Assembly (NCBI GenBank): GCA_050115495.1
Contig: JASFQK010000020.1
Location: forward strand, 54,928-118,927
DNA length: 64,000 nucleotides
Origin: Phycisphaerae bacterium
GTDB taxonomy: Bacteria > Planctomycetota > Phycisphaerae > UBA1845 > Fen-1342
Direction: 5' to 3'
A program made the position numbers and the translations under genes. This document shows, piece by piece, positions 8,689 to 18,371 of this stretch; within the stretch, counting starts at the first letter, position 1, and each line of letters opens with the position of its first letter. Under the pieces are notes generated by a model. That model saw nothing but the letters and a program-made list of their open reading frames with translations, searched no databases and had not been told where the DNA came from.

Positions 8689-9891
8689 ATGAAGCAATGG
8701 AGTCCGCGCGTTCGCACGCTGGCCCTGCTGGGCGTGATGATCGGGGTGTTCGGGCTGGCGTACTCGTTGCCGGTTGGCGACCTGCCGGCGGATAGCTGGC
8801 TAGTCGCCGCCGGCCGCGAGTCGTTGCTGATGCTGCAGGACTACGCCCGGCACCATGTGCTGCTCTGCCTGGTGCCGGCGCTGTTCATCGCCGGCGCGAT
8901 CTCATGCTTCGTGTCGCAGGCGGCGGTGATGAAGTACTTCGGGGCGCGGGCGCACAAGGCCGTCGCCTACAGCGCGGCGGCCGTGTCGGGAACGGTGCTG
9001 GCGGCCTGCTCGTGCACGATCTTGCCGCTGTTCGCGGGCATCTACACGCGCGGGGCGGGGCTCGGGCCGGCAACGGCGTTCCTCTATTCGGGGCCGGCGA
9101 TCAACGTGCTGGCCATCGTCCTGACAGCCCGGGTACTGGGCTGGCAGCTCGGACTGGCCCGGGCCATCGGGGCGGTCGTGTTCAGCGTCGTCATCGGCCT
9201 GCTGATGCACCTGATCTATCGCAAGGAAGAGGCTGCCCGGCAGACCACCGGCGATTTCGTCATGCCGCAGGAAACGACGCGGCGGGCGCTGTGGCAGGAT
9301 GGCCTGTACTTCGCGGCGATGATCGGCGTGCTGGTCTTCGCCAACTGGGGCAAGCTCGGGGAGAGCGGCCTAGCAGCGGTGATTGCGTCCGCGAAATGGT
9401 ACGTCGCGGGAGCGTCGCTCATCGCATTGCTGGTGATGGTCGCGGCATGGTTCACGCGGGATGAGCTGCGCGAATGGGTGGCCAGCACGTGGACGTTCGC
9501 GCGGCAGATTCTGCCGCTGCTGTTCGTGGGCGTGCTGGTCGCGGGGCTGTTGCTCGGCCGACCGGGGCATCCGGCGCTGATACCGGAGTCGTGGATCGCC
9601 GGCGCGGTGGGCGGGAACGGCGCGGGAGCGAACCTGTTCGCGGCGGTGGCGGGTGCATTCATGTATTTCGCGACGCTTACGGAGGTGCCGATCCTGCAAG
9701 GGTTGCTCGGGGCGGGGATGGGGCGCGGGCCGGCGCTGGCGTTGCTGCTCGCGGGACCGGCGCTGTCGCTGCCGAGCATGCTGGTCATTCGTTCGGTGAT
9801 GGGGACGCAGAAGACGATCGTGTACGTGATGCTGGTGGTGGCTCTGTCGACGGTGGCGGGCCTGGTCTATGGCACGATTGGCGGTGGTTAG
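8689..9891 (+). CDS. ArsP/DUF318-family permease
   Basis: HVLLCLVPALFIAGAI, ACSCTILPLF, AFLYSGPAIN, YFATLTEVPI, LLAGPALSLP. Confidence 0.88.
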   Translation: MKQWSPRVRTLALLGVMIGVFGLAYSLPVGDLPADSWLVAAGRESLLMLQDYARHHVLLCLVPALFIAGAISCFVSQAAVMKYFGARAHKAVAYSAAAVSGTVLAACSCTILPLFAGIYTRGAGLGPATAFLYSGPAINVLAIVLTARVLGWQLGLARAIGAVVFSVVIGLLMHLIYRKEEAARQTTGDFVMPQETTRRALWQDGLYFAAMIGVLVFANWGKLGESGLAAVIASAKWYVAGASLIALLVMVAAWFTRDELREWVASTWTFARQILPLLFVGVLVAGLLLGRPGHPALIPESWIAGAVGGNGAGANLFAAVAGAFMYFATLTEVPILQGLLGAGMGRGPALALLLAGPALSLPSMLVIRSVMGTQKTIVYVMLVVALSTVAGLVYGTIGGG

Positions 9892-9893
9892 AC

Positions 9894-9981
9894 CGCTGGA
9901 AAAGGGGACAGGTACCTCGCCACACGGGATGCACGAAGCGGTCTGGACTCTCGGGCTCGGAGCCAGTCCCCTTTTCCAGCG
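9894..9981. repeat. REP/MITE-like inverted-repeat element
   Basis: 16-bp perfect IR CGCTGGAAAAGGGGAC (9894-9909) / GTCCCCTTTTCCAGCG (9966-9981), lying inside an operon. Confidence 0.7.
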
Positions 9982-10014
9982 ACCGGCGTGACCGACGGTT
10001 GAGGAGTATCGGCG

Positions 10015-10257
10015 GTGAAGATCGAAGTTCTGGGAACCGGTTGTGCCAAGTGCAACGCGCTCGAGGCGGCGGTGCGGCAAGCCGCCGACAAGCTCGGGCT
10101 CGACTACGAATTGGAGCACGTGAAGGAAATCGCCCGGTTCGCCGCATACGGCGTGATGATCACGCCGGCGCTGGTGATCGACGGGAAGGTCCAGGTGGCG
10201 GGCAAGGTCCCCGGCGAAGCCGACTTGACGCGGATGCTGCAAGCGGCGGCGGACTGA
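10015..10257 (+). CDS. Small redox-active disulfide protein (MTH895-like thioredoxin family)
   Basis: KIEVLGTGCAKC, YGVMITPALVIDGKV; SD GAGGAG. Confidence 0.9.
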   Translation: MKIEVLGTGCAKCNALEAAVRQAADKLGLDYELEHVKEIARFAAYGVMITPALVIDGKVQVAGKVPGEADLTRMLQAAAD

Positions 10258-10285
10258 GCCGAACGGCGAGAAAGCGAGGTTGGTC

Positions 10286-10663
10286 ATGGGCAATGGATGC
10301 GGTGGCAGTGGTTGTGGCGGCGAGACGTTGATCTTCACCTGTGCGGGTGCGGCCCACTCGGGGCAGGTGGCGAACCGGGCGGGGATCGGCCTGATGCAGG
10401 AGGGTTGCGGCAGCCTGTTCTGTGCGGCGGCGGTCGGGGCCGACATCCCGGACAAGATGAGCCGAGCGCGAGCCGCCGGCAAGCGCGTGGTGATCGACGG
10501 ATGCGAGGAACACTGCGCCCGCAAGATCCTGGAGAAGGCCGGACTGGCGGTGGACGTGCACGTGGACGTGACGGAACTCGGCGTCGAGAAGAAGCCAGCG
10601 GAACCATCGCTGATCAACGATGCGAAGCGCGTCGTGACGCACATGGAGACGCTGCTGGCCTGA
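10286..10663 (+). CDS. DGC domain putative zinc-binding protein
   Basis: IFTCAGAAHSGQVAN, LFCAAAVG, VVIDGCEEHCARK. Confidence 0.85.
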   Translation: MGNGCGGSGCGGETLIFTCAGAAHSGQVANRAGIGLMQEGCGSLFCAAAVGADIPDKMSRARAAGKRVVIDGCEEHCARKILEKAGLAVDVHVDVTELGVEKKPAEPSLINDAKRVVTHMETLLA

Positions 10664-10703
10664 ACGTGAGCCGGCGCGGTCGCCAATCGCCAGGAGAACA
10701 GTC

Positions 10704-11099
10704 TTGAGCAAGCGCAACATCGCCGACGTGGCCGCCCTGCTGGTGGTGGCGGCGGTCCTCGCCGGCGCGGCATGGTACCGGACACAGCGCAGCGGCATGC
10801 CGACGACGAGGCCTGCGCCGCGGCTGCCGCGGCTGGTGGATCTCGGCGCCGACAAGTGCGTCCCCTGCAAGCTGCTGGCGCCCATCCTGGCCGAGCTGAA
10901 GACGGAATACGAAGGCCGGCTCGTGGTCGAGTTCATCGACACCTGGAAGAACCCGGAGGCCCAGGCCCCCTACGACATCCGGGTGATTCCGACGCAGATC
11001 CTCTACGACGCCAACGGGCAGGAGGTATGGCGGAACGAGGGGTTCATCTCGAAGGAAGACCTCGTCGCAATCCTCGCCAAGAAGGTGGGGTTGAAGTAG
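10704..11099 (+). CDS. Membrane-anchored thioredoxin
   Basis: N-terminal TM segment; DLGADKCVPCK; IRVIPTQI cis-Pro loop; SD AGGAG then TTG. Confidence 0.85.
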   Translation: MSKRNIADVAALLVVAAVLAGAAWYRTQRSGMPTTRPAPRLPRLVDLGADKCVPCKLLAPILAELKTEYEGRLVVEFIDTWKNPEAQAPYDIRVIPTQILYDANGQEVWRNEGFISKEDLVAILAKKVGLK

Positions 11100-11789
11100 G
11101 TGTTCGACGCCCTGTCGCAGCAACTCGCCGAAGCGATACAGGCCAACCTGTGGCTGGCGCCGCTGGCGGCGTTTGCCGGGGGGTTGCTGACGGCGGCGAA
11201 TCCGTGCGTGCTGGCGATGGTGCCGCTGATGGTGGCCTACGTCGCCGGCCAGGGCGCGCAGAGTAAGCGGCACGTGGCTTACTCATTCCTGTTGTCGCTG
11301 ATGTTCTCGATCGGGCTGACGATCACGTTCGGCGTGATGTTCCTGGCGACGTGGGCGGCCAGCTCCGTGTTGCAGGCGTCGTGGTGGTCGTACATCGCCG
11401 GCGCGGTCTGCCTGCTGATGGGACTGCACCTGCTCGGCGTATTGCACGTCCGCATACCGGCGCCGGCGGGTGTGCGGCCGGCGCAGAAGGGCTTCGTCGG
11501 AGCGCTGCTGCTGGGGCTGCTGTTCGGGCTGGTATCGCTGCCGTGCGCGGGGCCGGTGCTGATGGTGCTGCTGGCAATCGTGCCGCTGCATGGCATGGCC
11601 CTGGGGGCGGTGCTGCTGGCGGCGTACAGCCTGGGGCACTGCGGTTTGATTCTGGTGGGCGGGACGTCGATGGGACTGGTGCAGCGGATGGCCGACTCGC
11701 GCGATTGGCAGCGAGGGACGGACGTGCTGCGTCGCGTCGCGGGGCTGCTCATCATCGCGGTCGGGCTGTGGGTGCTGTTCTTCGAATAA
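11100..11789 (+). CDS. ccdA: CcdA/DsbD-type transmembrane electron transporter
   Basis: [16 protein letters not shown] and SLPCAGPVL conserved Cys pair in a roughly 6-TM protein. Confidence 0.85.
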   Translation: MFDALSQQLAEAIQANLWLAPLAAFAGGLLTAANPCVLAMVPLMVAYVAGQGAQSKRHVAYSFLLSLMFSIGLTITFGVMFLATWAASSVLQASWWSYIAGAVCLLMGLHLLGVLHVRIPAPAGVRPAQKGFVGALLLGLLFGLVSLPCAGPVLMVLLAIVPLHGMALGAVLLAAYSLGHCGLILVGGTSMGLVQRMADSRDWQRGTDVLRRVAGLLIIAVGLWVLFFE

Positions 11790-11836
11790 TTGGCGGCGAG
11801 TGTGCTGTCGGTCCATCCAGGGCCAAGGAGGTCGTC

Positions 11837-12931
11837 CTGTCCGATGCTTGTCCACAACGATTGTCGTTCCTGGACCGCTACCTGACGCTGTGGATTTTCC
11901 TGGCGATGGTGGTCGGCGTGGCGCTGGGACACTTCGTGCCCGCGGTCGAGCAGGTTCTCGACCGCTTCTCCGTGGGAACCACCAACATCCCCATCGCCAT
12001 CGGCCTGATCCTCATGATGTACCCGCCGCTGGCGAAGGTGAAATACGAGAAGCTGGGCGACGTCTTTCGCAACACGCGAGTGCTCGGCCTGTCGCTCGTG
12101 CAAAACTGGGTCATCGGGCCGCTGCTCATGTTCGCGCTGGCCGTCATCTTCCTGCGCGGCTACCCCCAGTACATGATCGGCCTCATTCTGATCGGGCTGG
12201 CCCGCTGCATCGCCATGGTCATCGTCTGGAACGACCTGGCCCAGGGCGACCGTGAATACGCCGCCGGCCTGGTCGCCTTCAACTCGATCTTCCAGATCCT
12301 GTTCTTCTCAGTGTACGCGTGGATGTTCATCACGGTGCTGCCGCCGTTGTTCGGGATGGAAGGCATGGCAGTGGGGATCACGATCGGGCAGATCGCCGGC
12401 AGCGTGCTCATCTACCTGGGCGTGCCGTTCTTCGGCGGGATGCTGACGCGGTTCGTTCTGATCCGCACCCGGGGGCGGGCGTGGTATGAGACGGTGTTCG
12501 TCCCGAGGATCTCGCCGCTGACGCTGATCGCCCTGCTGCTGACGATCGTGGTGATGTTCAGCTTCAAGGGGGACCGGATCGTTCAGCTCCCGCTCGATGT
12601 GCTGCGGATCGCGGTGCCGCTGGGCATCTACTTCGTGGTCATGTTTCTGGTGTCGTTCTGGATGGGCCGGCGGCTCGGGGCGGACTACGGGCGAACGGCC
12701 ACGATTGCGTTCACGGCGGCGAGCAACAACTTCGAATTGGCGATCGCCGTGGCCATCGCGGTGTTCGGGATCGCTTCGGGCCAAGCCTTCGCGGCCGTGA
12801 TCGGGCCGCTGGTGGAGGTGCCGGTGCTGGTCGGTTTGGTCAGCGTGGCCCTGTGGCTGCGGCGACGGCTGTTCAGGGCGCGGGAGCCGGAGGCCGCCGG
12901 AGACGTCGCCCGGATCGGGCCGGCTTCCTGA
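11837..12931 (+). CDS. acr3: ACR3 family arsenite efflux transporter
   Basis: [64 protein letters not shown]; probable CTG start after AAGGAGG. Confidence 0.95.
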   Translation: MSDACPQRLSFLDRYLTLWIFLAMVVGVALGHFVPAVEQVLDRFSVGTTNIPIAIGLILMMYPPLAKVKYEKLGDVFRNTRVLGLSLVQNWVIGPLLMFALAVIFLRGYPQYMIGLILIGLARCIAMVIVWNDLAQGDREYAAGLVAFNSIFQILFFSVYAWMFITVLPPLFGMEGMAVGITIGQIAGSVLIYLGVPFFGGMLTRFVLIRTRGRAWYETVFVPRISPLTLIALLLTIVVMFSFKGDRIVQLPLDVLRIAVPLGIYFVVMFLVSFWMGRRLGADYGRTATIAFTAASNNFELAIAVAIAVFGIASGQAFAAVIGPLVEVPVLVGLVSVALWLRRRLFRAREPEAAGDVARIGPAS

Positions 12932-12973
12932 GGCTGCACGACGGGGCTACACTGCGGCGACGGAGGCTTGCGT

Positions 12974-13852
12974 ATGCCCAGAACCGCCGCGATGCGCGCC
13001 ACACGCGTGGCGATCGGCGCCAACGCTCTGCTGCTCGTCCTGAAGGCCGGTGCTTCCGGGCTGTCCGACAGCCTGACCATCTTCTCCGAGACGCTGAACT
13101 CGCTCGCGGACGTTATCTCGGCCGTCGTCATTCTGCTGTGTGTGCGCTGGGCGTGGCAGAGCCCGGACGAGGATCATCCCTTCGGGCATCGGCGGGCCGA
13201 GCCGATCGCCGGCCTGCTCGTCGCCATCTTCACGGGCATTCTAGGGTTCGAAGTGTGCAAGACGGCGGTGCTGAATCTCTGGTACCACGAATTGCCGCAC
13301 CGTATCGGACCCTATCCGATAGCCGCCCTGTGCATCACCGGCATTCTGAAGACGCGGTTGGCCTTCTATTTCGAGAAGCAGGGCCGCGCGCTCAACAGCC
13401 CGGCGTTGCGGGCGACGGCCGTCGATTGCCGCAACGACGTCTTCGTGGCCATGCAGGGGCTGATCGGCGTGGCCGTCGCCGCGCTGCGGCTCCCGATTCT
13501 CGACACGGTGTCGGCGCTGATCGTCGGCGGGTACATCCTGTACAGCGGGCATCGCATCGGGATGGAGAACCTCGACTATCTCATGGGCCGGGCGCCGGAC
13601 GAGACCCTGCTCAACCGCGTCCGGCAGGCGGTCCGCAGCGTTCCGGGCGTGGCCGGTGTCGGCGACATACGCGGTCACTACGTCGGCACGTTCATCCACG
13701 TCGAGCTAACGGCAATTGTCGACGGCCGGCTCTCCACGACCGAGTCGCACGACGTCTGCGAGGCGGTACGGGCGGCGGTCGAAGAGGTCGAGTCGATCGA
13801 CCGGGCGTTTGTGCACATTTCTCCACTGGCGGAGCTGCCACCTGGCGCGTGA
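12974..13852 (+). CDS. Cation diffusion facilitator (FieF/CzcD-like)
   Basis: SLAD, PDEDHPFGHRRAE, DCRND, C-terminal dimerisation domain (SHDVC...FVH). Confidence 0.9.
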   Translation: MPRTAAMRATRVAIGANALLLVLKAGASGLSDSLTIFSETLNSLADVISAVVILLCVRWAWQSPDEDHPFGHRRAEPIAGLLVAIFTGILGFEVCKTAVLNLWYHELPHRIGPYPIAALCITGILKTRLAFYFEKQGRALNSPALRATAVDCRNDVFVAMQGLIGVAVAALRLPILDTVSALIVGGYILYSGHRIGMENLDYLMGRAPDETLLNRVRQAVRSVPGVAGVGDIRGHYVGTFIHVELTAIVDGRLSTTESHDVCEAVRAAVEEVESIDRAFVHISPLAELPPGA

Positions 13853-13918
13853 CGCCGGGCGGGGCTGTGCCGCGCGCCTACAATCTCTCTACAGGCGATC
13901 CGTTAGACGAGAAACGCG

Positions 13919-15049
13919 ATGGAGTTTGTCGGACAATGGGCGATGGCGACGTGGCAGGTCCTGCTCGAGGCCGGGCCATGGCTGGTGGCCGGTTTCTTCG
14001 GAGCCGGTCTGATCCACGTATTCCTGCCCGCCGCGACCGTCGTGAAACACCTGGGGAAACCGGGGCTGACCGGCGTGTGGAAGGCGGCCTTGCTCGGTGC
14101 CCCCCTGCCGCTGTGCTCGTGCAGTGTGATCCCGGTGGCGTCGGCCATACGCCGGCAGGGAGCGAGCCGCGGGGCGACGGCGAGCTTTCTGATCAGTACG
14201 CCGGAGACGGGGGTCGATTCGATCGCGCTGTCGTACGCGCTGCTGGGGCCGGTGCTGGCCATTGTGCGGCCGATCGCGGCGCTGGTGACGGCGTTCGTGG
14301 CCGGGGCGTTGATCAATCCATTCGGGGGCGCGCCCGAGACGCCAGAAACGCCGGCGCCGCCTTCGCCGCCGGCGGGTGGCGGGAGTTGCTGTCACGCGAA
14401 GAAGGCGGTTGCTGCTGAGGCGGCGGTGGTCGCGCCGCGACGATCGTTCAGCGCGACGCTGGCCGAAACCGTGCGCTATGGTTTCGGCGATATGTTCGCC
14501 AATCTGGCGCATTGGCTCGTGCTCGGGTTTGTGCTGAGCGGGCTCGTGTCGGCGCTGTTTCCGCCGGACTTCCTGGAGCGCACGATCGGCGCGGGGTGGG
14601 GAGCGATGCTGCTCATGCTGGTGATCGGGTTGCCGCTGTACGTGTGTGCGACGGCGTCGACACCGCTGGCGGCGGCGCTGATCGCCAAGGGGCTCAGCCC
14701 TGGGGCGGCGCTCGTCTTTCTGCTGGTGGGGCCGGCGACAAACGTGGCGACCATGCTCATCATGGGTCGCGACCTCGGCCGGCGCAGCCTGGTCATCTAC
14801 CTGCTCAGCATCGGAGTGGTGGCTCTTGCGTTCGGCGTCGCGACCAACCGGCTGTGGGGAGCGCTGCCCGTGGGGAGCGGACTGCCCGAACACAACCACG
14901 CGGTGCCGACGGCGGTGGCCTGGACGGGTGCCCTGCTGCTGATCGTTCTGATGCTCAACGGTCTGCGGCTGCGCTGGCTCCGCCGACCGGCAATGCACGC
15001 GGAGGGAACGCCGGCGCAGGCTGCGCCATCCTGCTGCAAGACGCACTAA
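13919..15049 (+). CDS. DUF318 / SO_0444-type metal efflux permease
   Basis: PLPLCSCSVIP, FLISTPETGVDS, PLYVCATASTP, FLLVGPATN; SCCH loop and CCKTH C-terminus. Confidence 0.88.
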   Translation: MEFVGQWAMATWQVLLEAGPWLVAGFFGAGLIHVFLPAATVVKHLGKPGLTGVWKAALLGAPLPLCSCSVIPVASAIRRQGASRGATASFLISTPETGVDSIALSYALLGPVLAIVRPIAALVTAFVAGALINPFGGAPETPETPAPPSPPAGGGSCCHAKKAVAAEAAVVAPRRSFSATLAETVRYGFGDMFANLAHWLVLGFVLSGLVSALFPPDFLERTIGAGWGAMLLMLVIGLPLYVCATASTPLAAALIAKGLSPGAALVFLLVGPATNVATMLIMGRDLGRRSLVIYLLSIGVVALAFGVATNRLWGALPVGSGLPEHNHAVPTAVAWTGALLLIVLMLNGLRLRWLRRPAMHAEGTPAQAAPSCCKTH

Positions 15050-15498
15050 TCCGCGTGCGTGGGCAACATTCCTGGCAGCCCCTCGACAAACGCCCGGATC
15101 TCGTCGCGCACCCGCCGATAGTGTAGGAGGGCTTCTTCCGGCGTGCGGGCGTCGCGGGCCAGTTGCGGCGGGTCGTCGAAGCCGACGTGCACGACGGGTG
15201 TACGGCCGGGGAATATGGGGCAATTCTCGTGGGCGTGGCCGCAGACAGTGACCACGTAGTCGAACGTCACGTCGGCCAGATCCTGCACGTGCTTCGCCAT
15301 CTGCGATGAGATGTCCACGCCCGCCTCGGCCATGGCGCGAACCGCCAGCGGGTCGAGCGTTTTCGGAGCCGTGCCGGCGGAGAACGGCTCGATGAGGTCC
15401 GCTTTCAGGTGACGGGCCCAGCCTTCGGCCATCTGGCTGCGGCAGGAATTGCCGGTGCAGAGGAAGAGGATGCGTAGCCGGCGTTGTTCTCGTGACAT
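15046..15498 (-). CDS. arsC: Arsenate reductase, LMW-PTP type
   Basis: LFLCTGNSCRSQMAEG, VTVCGHAHENCP, FDDPP. Confidence 0.93.
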   Translation of the reverse strand: MSREQRRLRILFLCTGNSCRSQMAEGWARHLKADLIEPFSAGTAPKTLDPLAVRAMAEAGVDISSQMAKHVQDLADVTFDYVVTVCGHAHENCPIFPGRTPVVHVGFDDPPQLARDARTPEEALLHYRRVRDEIRAFVEGLPGMLPTHAD

Positions 15499-15522
15499 GT
15501 GCGCCTCACTTGCGCGAACGGC

Positions 15523-16608
15523 TCAGAGGCCGCGCTCGGTGACGAGATACACGGCGAAGCTGCCCAGCCAGTGGCCGCCTTCGTAATGCTCGCCGCTGAC
15601 GGCGGCCAAGCCGGCCTTGCGATGCTGCTGGACCGCGGCCCGCAGCACCGCGATACGCGGGTCGCCGTCCGGCAGCCCGGCGGCGATGCAGGACAACATC
15701 CAGGCTCGCGAGAGATTCAGCCCGTCGAGGTGCACGAGGTGCCCGTCACTGCGATCCGTGACGACGGCGGGATCGAGTGGCAACGACGCGCCATCCGCGC
15801 TGAGCGCCGGCAGAAACGCACTGAGCCACTTCGCGAATTCGTCCGGCTTGAGGATGCGGCGCATCAGGTCCGCTTCGGCCAGGATGGGCGAGAGGAACGC
15901 CTGTCCGTCCGGCTCGAAGGCGAGATTGGCCCCGCGGTCGTTGGCGTAGTAGTGGCGGGCCCGCTGCTCGACGAGTTGCTGCACGTCCGCGTTGCCGCGG
16001 ATGCGGGCCCAGTCGTACACGAGGCCGAGGGCGAACGCGGTCTGGCTGTGCTCGCCGGTACGGACGGGGTACGACAGCTTTGGCAGCCAAGCCTGGAAGC
16101 GGGCGGCGGCCTCGGTCTCGATGGGCTCGATGGTGGTCGCCCACTCGCGGGCCTGCGGATCGTCCCACTCGTGCAGTTCGGCGGCGAGCTGGAGCAGCCA
16201 CGCCAGCCCGTACGGCCGCTCGAACGTGCCGCGGCCTTTGCCTTGCAGATACGCGATCTCGGCGGCGACGCGTTCCGCCGTGAAGCTCTCGGCCAGCGCG
16301 GCGCGGGCCCGCGGCACGAACGGTGCGTCGGGATACATGCGGCACAGACGCACGAGGAGCCAGTGGCCGTGCACCGCCGAGTGCCAATCGAAGCAGCCGT
16401 AGAAGACGGGGGTGAGTTCGTGTGGCGGCCGGGCGTCGTCGTCGCTGCTCATGACGTGCGAGATCTTGTTGGGGTACTCCTGGTGCAGGCAGTCCAGGGC
16501 GAGCGTGGCGAAGCGTTCGATGGCCGCTGGCCCGAACGGCTCTTCCTGCTGAGCCAGGGCGGGTACGGCGAAGGCAATGAGCGAGAACAGGGCGATACGC
16601 AGGTGCAT
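15523..16608 (-). CDS. DUF2891 domain exported protein
   Basis: Signal peptide; EYPNK, PVFYGCFDWHSAVHGHW, FERPYGLAW, HLDGLNLSRAW, YEGGHWLGSFA. Confidence 0.88.
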   Translation of the reverse strand: MHLRIALFSLIAFAVPALAQQEEPFGPAAIERFATLALDCLHQEYPNKISHVMSSDDDARPPHELTPVFYGCFDWHSAVHGHWLLVRLCRMYPDAPFVPRARAALAESFTAERVAAEIAYLQGKGRGTFERPYGLAWLLQLAAELHEWDDPQAREWATTIEPIETEAAARFQAWLPKLSYPVRTGEHSQTAFALGLVYDWARIRGNADVQQLVEQRARHYYANDRGANLAFEPDGQAFLSPILAEADLMRRILKPDEFAKWLSAFLPALSADGASLPLDPAVVTDRSDGHLVHLDGLNLSRAWMLSCIAAGLPDGDPRIAVLRAAVQQHRKAGLAAVSGEHYEGGHWLGSFAVYLVTERGL

Positions 16609-16885
16609 GGCTGGCCTCCTCGATGAGCCCGCATGATAAGGAGCGATTGCCCCGTTTGCAGTCCTCAGCATCCCGGCAATCCGCTGGTACCTCGGCCGAT
16701 GGCCAGCCGCAAGCGCCACGGGCATCCCCCTCACCGAGCCACTGACGAGTTTAGCCGATGGGCTAACCCCAGGGCGACCCTCGCGTCAGACGGATGCGTC
16801 CCGCGCTGCCAGCCGCCGGGCGAGCCGTTACATCGGCGTATGCCTGGCACCGCCGCCGCGCAGCGCAGCAATTGTACGGCCGTAC

Positions 16886-18034
16886 TCAGCGCCGCCTGTA
16901 ATGAGCGAACAGGCCCGACACGCCGAGGAAGAGCACCACGCTGCCAGGTTCCGGAACGATCGCCACCCAACCTTCGGAGACACCGGTGGGATTGATGCCG
17001 GTTCCCGCGATCGTCAGCCCGTCATCTGACACGCCATAGGCTCCCGTGAGCGTCCAGCCGGTCAGGTCCAGACCGTAGACGCCTTCAAGCACCTGCTTGA
17101 GGTTCCTCATTCCGTTTGTCTGGTCCCAGATGAATGCTTCGTTGCCGGAAGACGTGTACCCGCAGCCGACAACGATTGACCCGTCGGCCACCGTAGCCTT
17201 CGCGCTGCTGAAGACGCTGCCTCCAGGCAGGTCACCCAGGGCGACCATGCCGGTGGCTTGCGTCCACCGAAATGCCTCCTGGCCCTGCGAGGAGTCGCTA
17301 TGGCCGACTATAACGCTGCCGTCCGCCGAAACGCCCCAAGCCAAACTCCTGAACTGGCCGCCGGCCAAGTCCCCCAAGCCGAGCATCTGTCCGGTCGTCT
17401 GCGTCCATTGGAACGCCTCGACTCCTGAGCCGGAAACGCCCACGCCAACCACCACGGAACCGTCCCCCGAGACATCCCATGCCTCGCTGAAGAAGATGCC
17501 TCCTGCAAGATCCCCCAGCCCCACCATTCCACCTGTCTGTGTCCAACGGAAGGCCTCTGTATCTGGGAGCGCCGTGTTGAGGGAGTTGCCTCGTCCCACG
17601 AGCACCGACCCGTCGGCGGAGCAGGCGTACCCGTAACTGAATGTCCCCCCTGGCAGATCCCCCAACCCGACCATCCCCCCGCTCTGCGTCCAGCGAAAGG
17701 CCTCGTATCCCGATGCCCCCGACGGACTCCATCCCGCGATGACCGAGCCGTCTGCCGAGGCTCCCGCCGCGCCGCTGTCATATGACCCGCCCGGCAGGTC
17801 TCCCAGACCCGCCAGGCCTCCCGCGGAGGTCCATCGAAACGCCTCATTGCCCAGGCCCGACGCGCTCTGACCAACAACAACGCTGCCGTTGCCTGACACA
17901 CCGTACGCGTAGCTAAACGTTGGGCCGCCGGGCAGATCGCCCAGGCCCTGGAAGACAGGGCTTGAAGCCACGGCTACGCGAACGCCCGCGGTCGAAAACC
18001 CCACACAGAACAGCAGAACCACTCGCTGTCGCAT
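16886..18034 (-). CDS. HAF-repeat beta-propeller protein with PEP-CTERM
   Basis: Signal peptide; six EAFxW and six LGDLxGG repeats; C-terminal VPEPGSVVLFLG...YRRR; SD AAGGAGG. Confidence 0.9.
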   Translation of the reverse strand: MRQRVVLLFCVGFSTAGVRVAVASSPVFQGLGDLPGGPTFSYAYGVSGNGSVVVGQSASGLGNEAFRWTSAGGLAGLGDLPGGSYDSGAAGASADGSVIAGWSPSGASGYEAFRWTQSGGMVGLGDLPGGTFSYGYACSADGSVLVGRGNSLNTALPDTEAFRWTQTGGMVGLGDLAGGIFFSEAWDVSGDGSVVVGVGVSGSGVEAFQWTQTTGQMLGLGDLAGGQFRSLAWGVSADGSVIVGHSDSSQGQEAFRWTQATGMVALGDLPGGSVFSSAKATVADGSIVVGCGYTSSGNEAFIWDQTNGMRNLKQVLEGVYGLDLTGWTLTGAYGVSDDGLTIAGTGINPTGVSEGWVAIVPEPGSVVLFLGVSGLFAHYRRR

Positions 18035-18156
18035 CGCCGTCCTCCTTTGGAAGCCGAGAGGAACGTGCTGTGCCACTCGCTTGGATGGTCCCAGAGCTCT
18101 CACCCGAGATTTCCGAGATGATCTGGCCCGGCTCCGTTGCCGGGCCGTCCGAAGAT

Positions 18157-18184
18157 ATTCTACCACGCCCCGGCCCGGGGCGTG
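18157..18184 (-). promoter_or_regulatory. Extended -10 with adjacent 21-bp palindrome
   Basis: Minus-strand TAGAAT (18162-18157) preceded by TGG; CACGCCCCGG-C-CCGGGGCGTG (18164-18184). Confidence 0.4.
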
Positions 18185-18371
18185 CACGTTTCCTGGACTC
18201 TCCTGCGGCTTCCCGGGGCTGAAGCGGGCCGCTGCGAGTACGCTTGGAGGCCTCAGACGACTCACCACGCTCCTGTTGTCCGCACGGGGCGCGCGGAACC
18301 AGCCATGATCAACGGGGCGACAGCGGTTTGCAGTGATAGGCGCGCTCATCCCGACGGCACCGCGTCCCCGA

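Noticed and set aside
10015..11789. Possible selenoproteins among the redox genes
   Set aside because: All motif positions are Cys codons; there is no in-frame TGA at an active site.
16740..16790. Nested hairpin (CTGACGAG...TTAGCCGATGGGCTAA...CTCGCGTCAG) upstream of the DUF2891 gene
   Set aside because: Short stems, no recognisable riboswitch core, and no second copy in the window.
17100..17960. Regularly spaced repeats as a CRISPR array or DGR template
   Set aside because: They are degenerate protein-coding HAF repeats; no cas or reverse transcriptase gene is present.
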